Shown here one piece after another: positions 38,843 through 48,666 of a stretch of DNA of 64,000 nt. The translations under genes and the position numbers were made by a program. The number at the start of each line of letters is the position of its first letter. Position 1 is the first letter of the stretch. The notes below the pieces were generated by a model, which did not search any database, was not told where the DNA came from, and was given only the letters and a program-made list of their open reading frames with translations. Location of the stretch: contig JAHQYN010000005.1 in NCBI GenBank assembly GCA_024421085.1, positions 2,368 through 66,367 on the forward strand. The letters are read 5' to 3'. Source of the DNA: Acidimicrobiia bacterium (GTDB lineage: Bacteria; Actinomycetota; Acidimicrobiia; Acidimicrobiales; Aldehydirespiratoraceae).

Positions 38843-39484
38843 TCAGCCGATCACTGTGATCGCGCCGCTGCTGTCCACAGTGTTGCGCGCCTCTATGACC
38901 TCATCGATTATGCCGTACTCTTTGGCCTGAGGCGCGGTCATTACGAAGTCTCGGTCCGTGTCGGCGGCGATCTTGTCGACCGACTGGCCGGTGTGCTGGG
39001 CCAGAACCTGCTCCAGCGAGACCTTCATCCGCTGGATCTCCGCGGCTATCAGCTCGATGTCGCTGGCCTGGCCGCGGGCACCGGCGTAGGGCTGATGAAT
39101 GAGTATCCGCGCGTGCGGCAGCGCCAAGCGCTTGCCCGGTGCACCGGCCGCCAACAGCACCGCTGCGGCCGACGCGGCCTGACCGAAACAGATCGTGGTG
39201 ATGTCGGGCTTGATGTAGCACATCGTGTCGTAGATCGCGAACAGGGCGTTGATGTCGCCACCCGGCGAGTTGATGTACAGGTTGACGTCCTTGTCGGGAT
39301 TCTCCGACTCCAAGTGCAGCAGCTGGGCACAGATCAGGTTTGCGATGGTGTCGTCGATCGGCGTGCCGATGAAGATGATGTTCTCCTTCAACAGGCGGCT
39401 GTACAGGTCGAAGGCCCGTTCTCCCCGGTTCGTCTGCTCCACGACGGTGGGAACGAGGTAGCTGCGAGGGTTGAGGTCAGTCAT
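38843..39484 (-). CDS. clpP: Clp protease proteolytic subunit
   Basis: [30 protein letters not shown]. Confidence 0.97.
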   Translation of the reverse strand: MTDLNPRSYLVPTVVEQTNRGERAFDLYSRLLKENIIFIGTPIDDTIANLICAQLLHLESENPDKDVNLYINSPGGDINALFAIYDTMCYIKPDITTICFGQAASAAAVLLAAGAPGKRLALPHARILIHQPYAGARGQASDIELIAAEIQRMKVSLEQVLAQHTGQSVDKIAADTDRDFVMTAPQAKEYGIIDEVIEARNTVDSSGAITVIG

Positions 39485-40904
39485 TGGTCGTCTCCATCGT
39501 CTGTCGGTGCGTCGTCTGTGCTGGTTGGTCTGTGACTGGTTGGTCTGTGACTGGTTGGTCGTGGTCGGTGGCGGCGGATGACTCCGCTGCTCTCAGATCA
39601 ACCGCAGCACCGGATTCGTCGACAAGCTCAACGTTGTCGAGAAGCCACTCCAGGGCCTTGGACTTGGCGAGATCGGCACGCAGCGGCGAGAGCTGCCCCG
39701 ATTCTCTGAGCCGCTCCATCTGCTCAGAGCCGGTGACACCGACCCTCGCGGCCATTTCATCGATCGTCTCAGTGAGGGCGTCATCGTCGGGGTCGAGTCC
39801 CTCGGCCGCGGCGATCGCCCGCAGCGCCAGATCGACCTTGACCGCGTTCTCCGCAGGCTCGGCGAACTCAGAGACCAGCTGCTCGAGGTCCTGGCCCGTC
39901 TCGGCGAAGTGGTCGATCGGGTCGACCCCATAGTGCCGCAGACTCCCGAACAGTTTCTGCAGCCGAGCGTCTATCTCGTCGGTGATCATCGCCTCAGGGA
40001 CCTCCTCGGTCACCAGGTCAGCGAGCGCCTCGGCGATCTTCAGGTCAGCGGCTTGACGGGCCATCGACATCTTCATAGAAGCGAGACGCTCGCGGATGTC
40101 GGCACGCAGTTCAGCGACCGTCTCAAACTCGGTTGCTTCGGCGGCCCAGGGGTCGTCGAGCTCCGGCAGGACCGCTTCGCGCACATCCAAGACGTCGATG
40201 ACGAAGTCGAGGGGCTCGGTCTCGTCGGGGTCAGGATGGGCGGCTTCGAAGGTCAGCTCATCACCGGCCACGGCGCCGCGGAGGTTCTCGTCGATCTCCG
40301 CCGCTACCGCACCGGTGCCCACCTCGTAGTCGTAGTCGGCCGCTGACAGGCCGGGCATTTCCTCACCGCCCTGGCTGCCGACGATGTCGATGCTCACCTG
40401 ATCACCGTCGGTTGCAGGTCGATCCACGGTCTGGAACACGGCATGCTCGGCTCGGAGCCGATCGATCTCGGAGTCGATGTCGTCGTCTGTCGGGACGGGG
40501 CTCGGGATCTCGATGTGCAGGCCCTTGTAGCCGGCCACTTCGATCACAGGTCGGATCTCGACCGTGGCGTCGAAGACCAACGCGCCCTCCTCCTGCCCGG
40601 CAACGATCTCGATGTCGGGAGAGTCGATCACGTCCAAATCGTGTTGGGCCAAGGCCTGCCGGTAGTAGCCGGGCAGTTCCTCGCGGAGAGCCTCGGCGCG
40701 TCCGTACTTGTGCCCGAGCTGGGCCTCAAGCACCCGACGCGGGACCCTGCCCCGACGAAACCCTGGTATCTCGACCTCCTGGGAGATACGCCTGAACGCC
40801 GCAGAGACCGCTGTGTCGAACTCCTTGTCGTCAACCTCGACGGTCAGCTTGACCCTGTTGTCGCCGAGGAACTCGATACTGCTCGTGGTGCCATTGTCGT
40901 TCAC
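39477..40904 (-). CDS. tig: Trigger factor
   Basis: [10 protein letters not shown] ribosome-binding motif; tig-clpP-clpX order; GTG 7 nt after TAGGCT. Confidence 0.93.
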   Translation of the reverse strand: MNDNGTTSSIEFLGDNRVKLTVEVDDKEFDTAVSAAFRRISQEVEIPGFRRGRVPRRVLEAQLGHKYGRAEALREELPGYYRQALAQHDLDVIDSPDIEIVAGQEEGALVFDATVEIRPVIEVAGYKGLHIEIPSPVPTDDDIDSEIDRLRAEHAVFQTVDRPATDGDQVSIDIVGSQGGEEMPGLSAADYDYEVGTGAVAAEIDENLRGAVAGDELTFEAAHPDPDETEPLDFVIDVLDVREAVLPELDDPWAAEATEFETVAELRADIRERLASMKMSMARQAADLKIAEALADLVTEEVPEAMITDEIDARLQKLFGSLRHYGVDPIDHFAETGQDLEQLVSEFAEPAENAVKVDLALRAIAAAEGLDPDDDALTETIDEMAARVGVTGSEQMERLRESGQLSPLRADLAKSKALEWLLDNVELVDESGAAVDLRAAESSAATDHDQPVTDQPVTDQPAQTTHRQTMETTND

Positions 40905-40912
40905 CCGCAAGA

Positions 40913-41003
40913 GCCTAACGCCACGCGGGTTCGACTCGGTTACATCATCACGCCTGACACCGACGACGCAGACCGCCTAACGCCACGCGGGTTCGACTCG
41001 GTT
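40913..41003. repeat. 29-bp direct repeat with 33-bp spacer (duplicated tig promoter segment)
   Basis: GCCTAACGCCACGCGGGTTCGACTCGGTT at 40913-40941 and 40975-41003. Confidence 0.9.
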
Positions 41004-41117
41004 GCTCGGCAGCGCCGCCCACCGCGTGCAGCGGCTCAGCGCGTCTGCGGCGCAAGAACGGTTCAATGCCCGCGCAGGCATCAATTCCTGCACCGGCCGC
41101 TAGCCTTGAGGCCGCCC

Positions 41118-41189
41118 GCGGGTGTAGTTCAACGGCCAGAACCTCAGCCTTCCAAGCTGATGATGGGAGTTCGATTCTCCTCACCCGCT
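41118..41189 (+). tRNA. tRNA-Gly (TCC)
   Basis: Acceptor GCGGGTG/CACCCGC, anticodon arm TCAGC-CTTCCAA-GCTGA, T-loop TTCGATT; CCA not encoded. Confidence 0.95.
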
Positions 41190-41339
41190 CAAACGACCGG
41201 CGGCAACTCGACAGGCCCGGGAGCACCCGCGGCCAACCGCTTGCACGGTGGGCCGCTTGCACGGTGGACCGCACGCGGCGAGCAGTGAGCCGACCGGCCC
41301 GGCACTTCGGCAGCCGACTCGGGCAGCCGACGCGGGCAG

Positions 41340-41570
41340 CTAACTCGCGGTCGACGGATACAGATGCGCCATAGTGCCGGGCTCCACCCGGCAGGTCTCG
41401 ATGAACTTGTCAACGTCGCCTCGCTTGAGTCGGATCACGCGACCGAACTTGTAAGCCGGAATCTGACCCTCGTCAATGAACCGGTACAACGTTCTCGGCG
41501 TGATGCCGAGCCGGTCTGACGCCGCCGGTGTCGACAGCCAAATGACATCATCTGCAGCTTGCTCGGGCAT
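41340..41570 (-). CDS. Small MerR/excisionase-fold (HTH_17, BldC-like) DNA-binding protein
   Basis: WLSTPAASDRLGITPRTLYRFIDEGQIPAYKFGRVIRL; GGAGG RBS. Confidence 0.85.
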   Translation of the reverse strand: MPEQAADDVIWLSTPAASDRLGITPRTLYRFIDEGQIPAYKFGRVIRLKRGDVDKFIETCRVEPGTMAHLYPSTAS

Positions 41571-41800
41571 TCTGCCTCCCTTCAGAAGAAATTTCCTCTG
41601 GTGATTCACGCCAATTTACAGGGTTTTCGGACTGTTCACATCAGTTGCGGGCCGCCAACATCGAAATTACCTCTGGAAGTCTGGATTTTCTGCTGATATG
41701 GTCTCGCAGCGAGCCAGCCGGGAGCGGGAACTGTCTGGTCGGCTCAGCGGGGCGGGTGCCGTGGAGGCGCACGCAGAACGGCGGAGGAGTTGCGACGGCG

Positions 41801-42742
41801 ATGACAGATTCAAGGACCGAGGGCCGCGACGCGGCGGCGGAGACGGCGGGCGTTCGACGATCCATAATCTCGCGCCGCAGCCTCCCCAACGGACGGGCGC
41901 TCGTGGGCGCCCTGCTGGTGACCGTCGCGGCCGCCGGCGCGTTCGTGTTCGCCGGCAGTGACGGCGGGCCCGACAACGAATACCTCGTGCTGCTGCGAGA
42001 CGTCGACGCGGGCGGGCTGCTCAGCGCCGCCGACGTCGCCTACGAGCCGATGAAGCTCAGCCCGCAGCTCGCCGAAATTGCCTTCTCCGCGGCGAGCAAC
42101 GACACGACCGACCAACTCGAGGGCGCCACAGCCCTGCGATTCCTGCACGCCGGTGCGCTGCTTCTCACCCCCGACCTGCGCGGCGCCGACCCGATCCTTG
42201 GAGCGGAGGCGCCCAAGACCCATGAACTGACTCTGCCTGTGCCGCTGGACCGCACGCCCGCAGTCCTTGCCCGGGGTGACCGGGTCGCCGTCCTCGCCTA
42301 CGACTCGCGCAACGAAAGCACCTGGACCGCCGTCGAGGACGGGCTGGTCCTGCGCTACGCCGCAGCCGGCGACAGCATCGGCTCAAGCTCGCACGGCCGC
42401 TTGACGCTGGCGCTGAGCGATCCGCAGCGGGTCCTGCGCGGCGCGCACCTGTCGTTTCTCGAGCTCACCGTGGTGCTGACCACGAGAGCCGCCGACGACG
42501 GGTACCCCAGGCTCTACCGCGGCCCCCTGCCGCCCGACCAGACCGACGAGCAGATCGACTCTGCCGAACGATCCCCGCTCGCCGACCCCCACTCCGCCAC
42601 CGAACCCGCACCGCCCGCCACGCCCCCCCGCCCCGCCCCCCCCCGCACACAGCACCGCAGCCGGCCACAGACCCTGCCGCGCCGGCGCCGCCCGACGACA
42701 CCGGCCCCGCAAGCAAAGAGGAGTTCCTGCAATGAGCGATGA
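41801..42742 (+). CDS. SAF-domain CpaB/RcpC-like Tad pilus protein (3' end uncertain)
   Basis: RALVGALLV TM, SAF-like LRDVDAGGLLSAADV, LARGDRVAVL; first gene of the Tad cluster; garbled C-rich tail. Confidence 0.65.
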   Translation: MTDSRTEGRDAAAETAGVRRSIISRRSLPNGRALVGALLVTVAAAGAFVFAGSDGGPDNEYLVLLRDVDAGGLLSAADVAYEPMKLSPQLAEIAFSAASNDTTDQLEGATALRFLHAGALLLTPDLRGADPILGAEAPKTHELTLPVPLDRTPAVLARGDRVAVLAYDSRNESTWTAVEDGLVLRYAAAGDSIGSSSHGRLTLALSDPQRVLRGAHLSFLELTVVLTTRAADDGYPRLYRGPLPPDQTDEQIDSAERSPLADPHSATEPAPPATPPRPAPPRTQHRSRPQTLPRRRRPTTPAPQAKRSSCNER

Positions 42743-42816
42743 TTCGAGGATGTCACCGAGCCCGAGGCGGAGCCGGTGGCCGCAAACAAAGAGGAGTTCC
42801 TGCAATGAGCGATGAT
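42707..42816 (+). repeat. 37-bp direct repeat (73-bp period) duplicating the cpaB-cpaE junction
   Basis: CCGCAA(G/A)CAAAGAGGAGTTCCTGCAATGAGCGATGAT at 42707-42743 and 42780-42816. Confidence 0.9.
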
Positions 42817-44109
42817 CGCTGGGTAGTACTGGGCCTCGGCCACCCCAGAGCCGAATGGTTGAGCAGGCTGTCCCGATGGTCGACGGCTGCGGCCGTCCCG
42901 GTCGACTTCATCAAGTGCATCTCAAGAGACGAGGTGCTGGCACGGCTCAACAGCGGGAGGTCGTACTCCGCGCTGCTAGTCGGCGACGACGTTGCCGGGC
43001 TTGACCGCGACCTGATCGACAGTGCCCGCATCGCCGGCGCGGCGGTCATCGTCGTGGGTGCCAACTTCGAGCGGGACTGGAACGAGCTCGGGGCCGCCGC
43101 GAGCGTGCCCGACGGGTTCGAGCGGTCGGAACTGCTGGGCGCATTGACCGACCACTCCGCGCCGATCGCCAACATCGCCGCGGTCGTCGGCCACTCCCCG
43201 ATCCCCCAGGAGTCGACCTGGAGTGGACGACTGATCGCCGTCACCGGGCCGGGGGGCGCCGGATCGTCGGTTGTGGCGATGGCGGCAGGCCAGTCTTTCG
43301 CCAGAGAACCGAGCAACCACTCGATGGTGCTGCTCGCGGACCTGGCTCTCAACGCCGAGCAGGGGATGCTGCACGATGCCCGGGAGGTGATCCCCGGGGT
43401 GCAGGAGTTCGTGGAGGCGCACCGAGTCGGCAGGGTGCCCATCGAAGTCATGCGGTCGCTCGTCTTCGAGGCCGTCGACCGCGGCTACCACCTGCTGCTG
43501 GGTCTGCGCCGCCATCGTGACTGGACGGCGATCCGGCCCCGCGCCTTCGAATCGGCCCTCGACGGGATGCTGCGCGCCTACCGCCTGGTCATTGCCGACA
43601 TCGACCACGACTTCGAAGGGGAGCAAGACACCGGTTCGCGAGACATTGAGGACCGCAACCACATGGCGCGCACGGTCGCGTCGAGGGCCGACCTCGTAGT
43701 CGTCGTCGGTCTCGCCACCACCAAGGGGATCCATTCGCTGACCCGGACGATCCGCGAACTCGTCACCGTGGGTATCCACTCCGAACGGATCGTCGCGGTG
43801 CTGAACCGCACCACTCGCAACCCGCGGCGCCAGATCGACGCGGCGGAAGCCCTGGCGAGCCTGCTGGCGCGCGACGACCGCATCGGCGACATCGGTGAAC
43901 CCGTGTTCGTCAGCGAGAGGGCCGATATCGAGGAGGCGCTGCGCGACGGCGTCCGTCTGCCCAGCAACGCCGGCAAGTCGCTGCACCGGCAACTCTCGAG
44001 CCGCCTGTGGACCGCGGTGCGCGACTCGAGTCCGGCAGATTCTCGCGGGAACCTCGAAGCGGTGCCGGTAGCGCCGGGATCGCTCGGGCACTGGAGCAGA
44101 GAGGCCTGA
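42805..44109 (+). CDS. CpaE/TadZ-like receiver-ParA/MinD-type protein
   Basis: Receiver-like N-terminus, deviant P-loop LIAVTGPGGAGSS, LLADL; GAGGAG RBS. Confidence 0.7.
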   Translation: MSDDRWVVLGLGHPRAEWLSRLSRWSTAAAVPVDFIKCISRDEVLARLNSGRSYSALLVGDDVAGLDRDLIDSARIAGAAVIVVGANFERDWNELGAAASVPDGFERSELLGALTDHSAPIANIAAVVGHSPIPQESTWSGRLIAVTGPGGAGSSVVAMAAGQSFAREPSNHSMVLLADLALNAEQGMLHDAREVIPGVQEFVEAHRVGRVPIEVMRSLVFEAVDRGYHLLLGLRRHRDWTAIRPRAFESALDGMLRAYRLVIADIDHDFEGEQDTGSRDIEDRNHMARTVASRADLVVVVGLATTKGIHSLTRTIRELVTVGIHSERIVAVLNRTTRNPRRQIDAAEALASLLARDDRIGDIGEPVFVSERADIEEALRDGVRLPSNAGKSLHRQLSSRLWTAVRDSSPADSRGNLEAVPVAPGSLGHWSREA

Positions 44110-44118
44110 CCGGCGACC

Positions 44119-45544
44119 ATGACCATCATCGACCGAACCATGACCATCGCCGAAGACCCCACACCGCTCGCCGAGATCGAGACCAGGGTGAAAGAGCGCG
44201 CCAAGGACGAGGCCCTCGACCTCAACGCGGTCGAGAGCGCCCAAGCACTCTCGCTGCTCGTCGCCGAGGAGATCCGACACTGGAACGACGATCACCGCCG
44301 CGGCATCCGCCCCTATCCGCTCAGCTATCCCGAGATCGTCTCAGAACGGGCGCTCCGCAACCTGACCGGATACGGACCACTCGGTCCCCTGCTCGAAGAC
44401 GCCGACGTCTGGGAGATCATGATCAACGCGCCCGACGCCATCTTCGTGAAGCGCCATCGGGGCACCAGCGGCTACCACGACGAGGTGTTCCACAACGACG
44501 AACACGTGATCCGCACCCTCACCAAGGTGCTCGACGACGCCTCCAGCGCGCACCGCAAGCTCGATCCCAGCGAGGGGTTGCAGGATGCGCAGCTCGACAC
44601 CGGCGCCCGCCTGCACATAGTCCCCGGCGGCGTCGGCCCACGCTCCCGGCGCCCCCTGAAACCACGACCCCAGCGAGGGGTGGCAGGATCCAAACCCCAA
44701 CCGCGGCCCCCGCCTGCACATAGTCCACGGCGACGTCGCCCGCGGCGGCCACATCATGGTCAACGTCCGCAAGTTCACAGGTATCGCCTTCCGCAACCTC
44801 GACGAGCTCGTGGGGCGGGAGATGCTCTCGGCACCGGTGGCCGAGTTCCTGCGCGGCTGCGTCGCGGCGCGCCAGACGATGGTGTTCGCGGGTGCCCCCG
44901 GAGCGGGCAAGACCACCATGCTCAACTGCTGTGTCGCAGAGCTCAACCCGTCGCTGCGGGTGGTGGTTGCCGAAGAGGTCTTCGAAGCCGACATCCCCCT
45001 GCCCAACGTGGCCAGCATGCAGACTCGGGCGGCCCGCTCGGACCGACCCGCAGTAGACCTCCGGCGCCTCGTTGCGGGGTTCCTGCGAATGGCCCCCGAC
45101 GTGGCGATCGTGGGAGAAGTGCGGGACCGCGAGGCACTGCCGCTGCTGCTGACGCTCTCCTCGGGCGTCAAGGGCTACACCACTATCCACGCCGGCTCCG
45201 CGCGCCAGGCGCTGACCCGACTCCGTTTCATCTGTCAGCTCGCAGACACCAGCAACGAGCTGCCGATGAGTGCGCTCAACAGCCTCGTCAGCGAAGCGAT
45301 CGATGTGGTGGTCCACTGCGTGCGGACCCGCAACGGTCCGCGGGTGGGGTCGATAGTCGCAGTCGAAGACCTCGCCGGGAGCGCCGACGGCACAGCCTTC
45401 ACGACGACCGACGTCTTCGTCCGCGACAGTCTCGACAGCCCGCTTCGCTGGTCGGAGCTGATACCGGAGCGCCTGGGGCGCGCCTTCGCGGAGAACGGAC
45501 TCGACCTCCGAGCCGTCCTCGACCCCGCGGGGGTCTGCCGATGA
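44119..45544 (+). pseudogene. tadA: TadA/CpaF secretion ATPase, split by a 103-bp degenerate duplication (possibly an assembly artefact)
   Basis: GYGPLGPLLED..VWEIMIN in frame 1; VNVRKF, GAPGAGKTT, LRMAPDVAIVGEVR, TTIHA in the shifted frame; CGCCTGCACATAGTCC repeated at 44608 and 44711. Confidence 0.85.
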
Positions 45545-46440
45545 CCCCTCTGCTGATCGCCGTCACGACCGGGTTCGGCGTGTTTTTGATGTACACGGCA
45601 CTCGCTTTGGGTTGGAGCGGCCTGGGGCTCGGGCCGCGGGTCGGCTCGGCACCTCGCTCGGGGCGCCGAGCCGGGACCCTCGACATCGACGTCTGGTTGA
45701 TGCAGGCCGGCCTCGAAGGCATTGACAAAAGGGAGTTCTTCGTGGTTGTCGCAACCTTGTTCCTTGTCGGCTTCCTGCTCGCCTTCGCCGCTTTCGGCGG
45801 GGCCGTGCCCGCTCTGGCGATCGGAGGTTTCGCGGCCTCGTTCCCGGTCGCGTCGTACCGCTGGCGCCGGATCAACCGGAGGCGACGGGCGCAGGAGGCA
45901 TGGCCGCGCATGATCGAGGAGATCCGCCTCCAGACCTCATCGCTCGGCCGTTCCGTTCCCCAGGCGCTGTTCGAGGTCGGCCGGCGCGGCCCCGAGGAGC
46001 TCAGGGGCGGGTTCGAGGCCGCCCGGCGCGAGTGGCTGCTCACGACCGACCTGGCCCGCACGTTCAGCGTGTTGAAGCACCACCTCGCCGACCCCACCGC
46101 CGACATGGCCTGCGAGACGCTGCTGTGCGCCCACGAACTCGGCGGCGCAGACCTCGACGGGCGCCTCGAGGCGTTGGCCGAGGACCGCCAGTCCGATGTG
46201 CAGGGCCGCAAGGACGCCTACAGCCGGCAGGCAGGCGCCCGCTTCGCACGCCTGTTCGTATTCTTGGTACCCGCGGGGATGACTCTCGCCGGGATGTCTA
46301 TCGGCAACGGCCGCGCCGCCTATCGCAGCAGCACCGGACAGATCATCGTGATGGTCTCCATCGCCATGGTCATCGCCTTCTGGGTCTGGGCCGGGCGGGT
46401 GATGCGTCTCCCCGAGCCGCAACGGGTGTTCAAGGACTGA
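45541..46440 (+). CDS. tadB: TadB-like pilus assembly membrane protein
   Basis: ATGA overlap with tadA; TM helices, AWPRMIEEI, GGADL..RLEALAED. Confidence 0.82.
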   Translation: MTPLLIAVTTGFGVFLMYTALALGWSGLGLGPRVGSAPRSGRRAGTLDIDVWLMQAGLEGIDKREFFVVVATLFLVGFLLAFAAFGGAVPALAIGGFAASFPVASYRWRRINRRRRAQEAWPRMIEEIRLQTSSLGRSVPQALFEVGRRGPEELRGGFEAARREWLLTTDLARTFSVLKHHLADPTADMACETLLCAHELGGADLDGRLEALAEDRQSDVQGRKDAYSRQAGARFARLFVFLVPAGMTLAGMSIGNGRAAYRSSTGQIIVMVSIAMVIAFWVWAGRVMRLPEPQRVFKD

Positions 46441-46442
46441 TC

Positions 46443-47345
46443 GTGCGCGTGCTCGCGATCCTGTCGCTGTCGGCTTTCATCGGGCTGGCCCTGCTGCTGT
46501 CTGAGCAGCGATGGATCAACCGGCCGAGGCTGACTGACCGGCTCAGCCCCTACGCACCGGGGTTCGCTGAGCAGGCGCGGCTCGGGCTGGGATCGGTCGC
46601 CTCCTTCCGGGAGGTCGTCGCGCCACTGTCGCGGGCTGTCGGGGAACGGGTCGCCCGCACCTTCGGGGTCAGCGAGGAGCTCGGCATCCGGCTTCGTCGC
46701 ATCCACTCTCCCTGGGATGTGACGACTTTCAGGGTCCGCCAACTCGGTTGGGCCGGTGCTGCCTTCGTGGCAGCGACCGTTGTCGCGGTCGGGTTGGGAG
46801 CGCCCACGCTGTTCGCGGTCCTGGGAGTCCTTGGAGCTCCGATACTCGCGTTCCTGCTCCTTGAACAGCAGGTCGTGGGGGCTTCCAATGCATGGCAGCG
46901 GGGTTTGTTCCTGGAGTTGCCGGTGGTGGCTGAACAACTCGGGATGCTGCTGTCGGCAGGATGGTCCTTGACCGCGGCCGTCAACCGGATCGCCGAACGC
47001 GGCAGCGGCAACTGCTCCAAGGACCTGACCCGGGTGATCCAGCGTACGCAGCAGGGCCTCAACGAGGCCGAGGCTCTCCAGGAGTGGGCCGACCTGGCAG
47101 GGGTCGACGCAGTGGAGCGCCTCGTCACGATCCTGGCTCTGAACCAGGAGGCCGCCGACCTCGGGCGGCTGATCTCAGACGAGGCCCGCGCGATCCGCCG
47201 GGAGAACCAGCGTGAGCTGATCGAGAGCATCGAGAAGCGCACGCAGCAAGTGTGGATTCCGGTGACCGCCGCCACTCTGCTCCCGGGACTGCTGCTGATG
47301 GGCGTGCCCTTCCTTGACGCCCTCACCCTCTTCTCAGCCAACTGA
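46443..47345 (+). CDS. tadC: TadC-like pilus assembly membrane protein
   Basis: ELPVVAEQLGMLLSAGWSL, EALQEWA, VWIPV. Confidence 0.82.
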   Translation: MRVLAILSLSAFIGLALLLSEQRWINRPRLTDRLSPYAPGFAEQARLGLGSVASFREVVAPLSRAVGERVARTFGVSEELGIRLRRIHSPWDVTTFRVRQLGWAGAAFVAATVVAVGLGAPTLFAVLGVLGAPILAFLLLEQQVVGASNAWQRGLFLELPVVAEQLGMLLSAGWSLTAAVNRIAERGSGNCSKDLTRVIQRTQQGLNEAEALQEWADLAGVDAVERLVTILALNQEAADLGRLISDEARAIRRENQRELIESIEKRTQQVWIPVTAATLLPGLLLMGVPFLDALTLFSAN

Positions 47346-47400
47346 CTTCCCCCCAACGACTTCCCCCCAAAACGACTTCCCCCCAAAACGACTTCCCCCA
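47344..47400. repeat. 4 x GACTTCCCCC(C) repeat (14-16 bp units); four G-runs on the minus strand
   Basis: C6 at 47349, 47363 and 47379, C5 at 47395. Confidence 0.9.
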
Positions 47401-47526
47401 GACCGAAGGGCGCCGCTTGCAGGCGCCGCGAACACACCGCAGCGGGGTGCTCGCCGGTCTGGAGCGCGGGCCGCGGGCCCGCCGAGATTGAACTCCATCA
47501 ACTACACCAAACAAGGAGCAACAACC

Positions 47527-47757
47527 ATGAACATCTATTCACTCACCTGGATGCAACTCCAGATTCTCGTGAGCTGGGCCAACAAGCGCACCGGCCGATT
47601 GGTCGGTGACCGCGGCGAGGGCGTCATCAGCACCGCCATCGCGGTGCTGATAGTCGCCTTCCTCGGCGCAGCCATGTGGGTCGGTTTCAACACCATCTGG
47701 GACGGTGCGGAAACAACGATCAAGAAAGAGGTCAACAGCATCGGCAATGGCAAGTAG
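47527..47757 (+). CDS. Flp-type pilin
   Basis: AAGGAG RBS; DRGEG-VISTAIAVLIVAFLGAAMW prepilin-like site and TM helix; 76 aa. Confidence 0.8.
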   Translation: MNIYSLTWMQLQILVSWANKRTGRLVGDRGEGVISTAIAVLIVAFLGAAMWVGFNTIWDGAETTIKKEVNSIGNGK

Positions 47758-48196
47758 GGCTGCGCAGTTGCGTTCTCGTCAACCGTTCGGTCAGCCGGCA
47801 GATCAGCAGCGGGGCGCTGGCCTCATCGGCATGAGCACTGCGTTGCTGGTGTTCATGCTGATGATGCTGGCGGCCGTGCAGATCCTGTACAACCTGTACG
47901 CCACTTCGATGGTGACCGCCGCGGCGCACGACGCGGCCCGGGAGGTCGCTGGCCTCGACGCGGCCGCCAACCGCTGCGGGGCGGTGGCGCAGGCGGAGGC
48001 GTCGTTCCTGCGGTCGCTCGGCGACTACGGCGCCGCTGGCCATGCCACGCTGCACTGGACCTGTAACGACCCCGACGAGGTGCGGGTGCGCGTCGTCGCC
48101 CGGCACCCGTCGGTGCTGCCCGAGCGGCTCTCCGGGTTGAACTCGCTGGCAATGCTCGACCGCACCGTCGTAGTGCGCACGGAGTCACGCCGATGA
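47747..48196 (+). CDS. TadE-like pseudopilin
   Basis: QRGAG + hydrophobic helix + AAAHDAAR. Confidence 0.75.
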   Translation: MASRAAQLRSRQPFGQPADQQRGAGLIGMSTALLVFMLMMLAAVQILYNLYATSMVTAAAHDAAREVAGLDAAANRCGAVAQAEASFLRSLGDYGAAGHATLHWTCNDPDEVRVRVVARHPSVLPERLSGLNSLAMLDRTVVVRTESRR

Positions 48197-48666
48197 GCGC
48201 CGCAGTCCGCCCAATACCCGCCGCACGGCGGTTGCGGGGCGATGTGGGGCAGGTCGGTGGAATCGAGGTCCTGCCCTTCGGGTTCCTGCTCTTCGTCAGC
48301 GTCACGCTGCTGTTGGTCAACGTCTGGGGGGTCATCGACACCAAGCTGGCCGTGACCTCAGCAGCGCGGGAAGCAGCCCGGGCCTACAGCGAGTCCGACA
48401 ACGAGAACAGCGCCCGACGCGCCGCGGTCGCCCGCGCCACCGAGACACTCGCGGCCTATGGTCGGGGCGGCGACCGCGCTTCGGTCGACGTGCCGGTTCT
48501 GCGGCAGTTCGAGCGATGCAGCCGAGTGACCGTGACGGTGAGCTACGAACTCCCAGGAGTTGCCGTCCCTTTCCTGGGAGGTCTGGGGGCCCGAACCGTG
48601 GCTTCGTCTTTCACCGAGATCGTCGACCCCTACCGGGACCGCATCGCCAAGGAGGCCCAATGCTGA
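48193..48666 (+). CDS. TadE/F-like pseudopilin
   Basis: GDVGQ..IEVLP + TM + SAAREAARA, VTVTVSY. Confidence 0.75.
   Translation: MSAAVRPIPAARRLRGDVGQVGGIEVLPFGFLLFVSVTLLLVNVWGVIDTKLAVTSAAREAARAYSESDNENSARRAAVARATETLAAYGRGGDRASVDVPVLRQFERCSRVTVTVSYELPGVAVPFLGGLGARTVASSFTEIVDPYRDRIAKEAQC

Noticed and set aside
42595..42705. Pro-rich C-terminal tail of the CpaB-like protein
   Set aside because: Long C runs and garbled similarity to the neighbouring repeat suggest sequence error.
44119..46440. 773-aa TadA-TadB fusion ORF in the track
   Set aside because: Its middle third is out-of-frame tadA caused by the 103-bp insert; tadB has its own coupled ATG at 45541.
47400..47526. Possible c-di-GMP or c-di-AMP riboswitch before the Flp pilin
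   Set aside because: No recognisable consensus motifs; an Infernal/Rfam scan would be needed.
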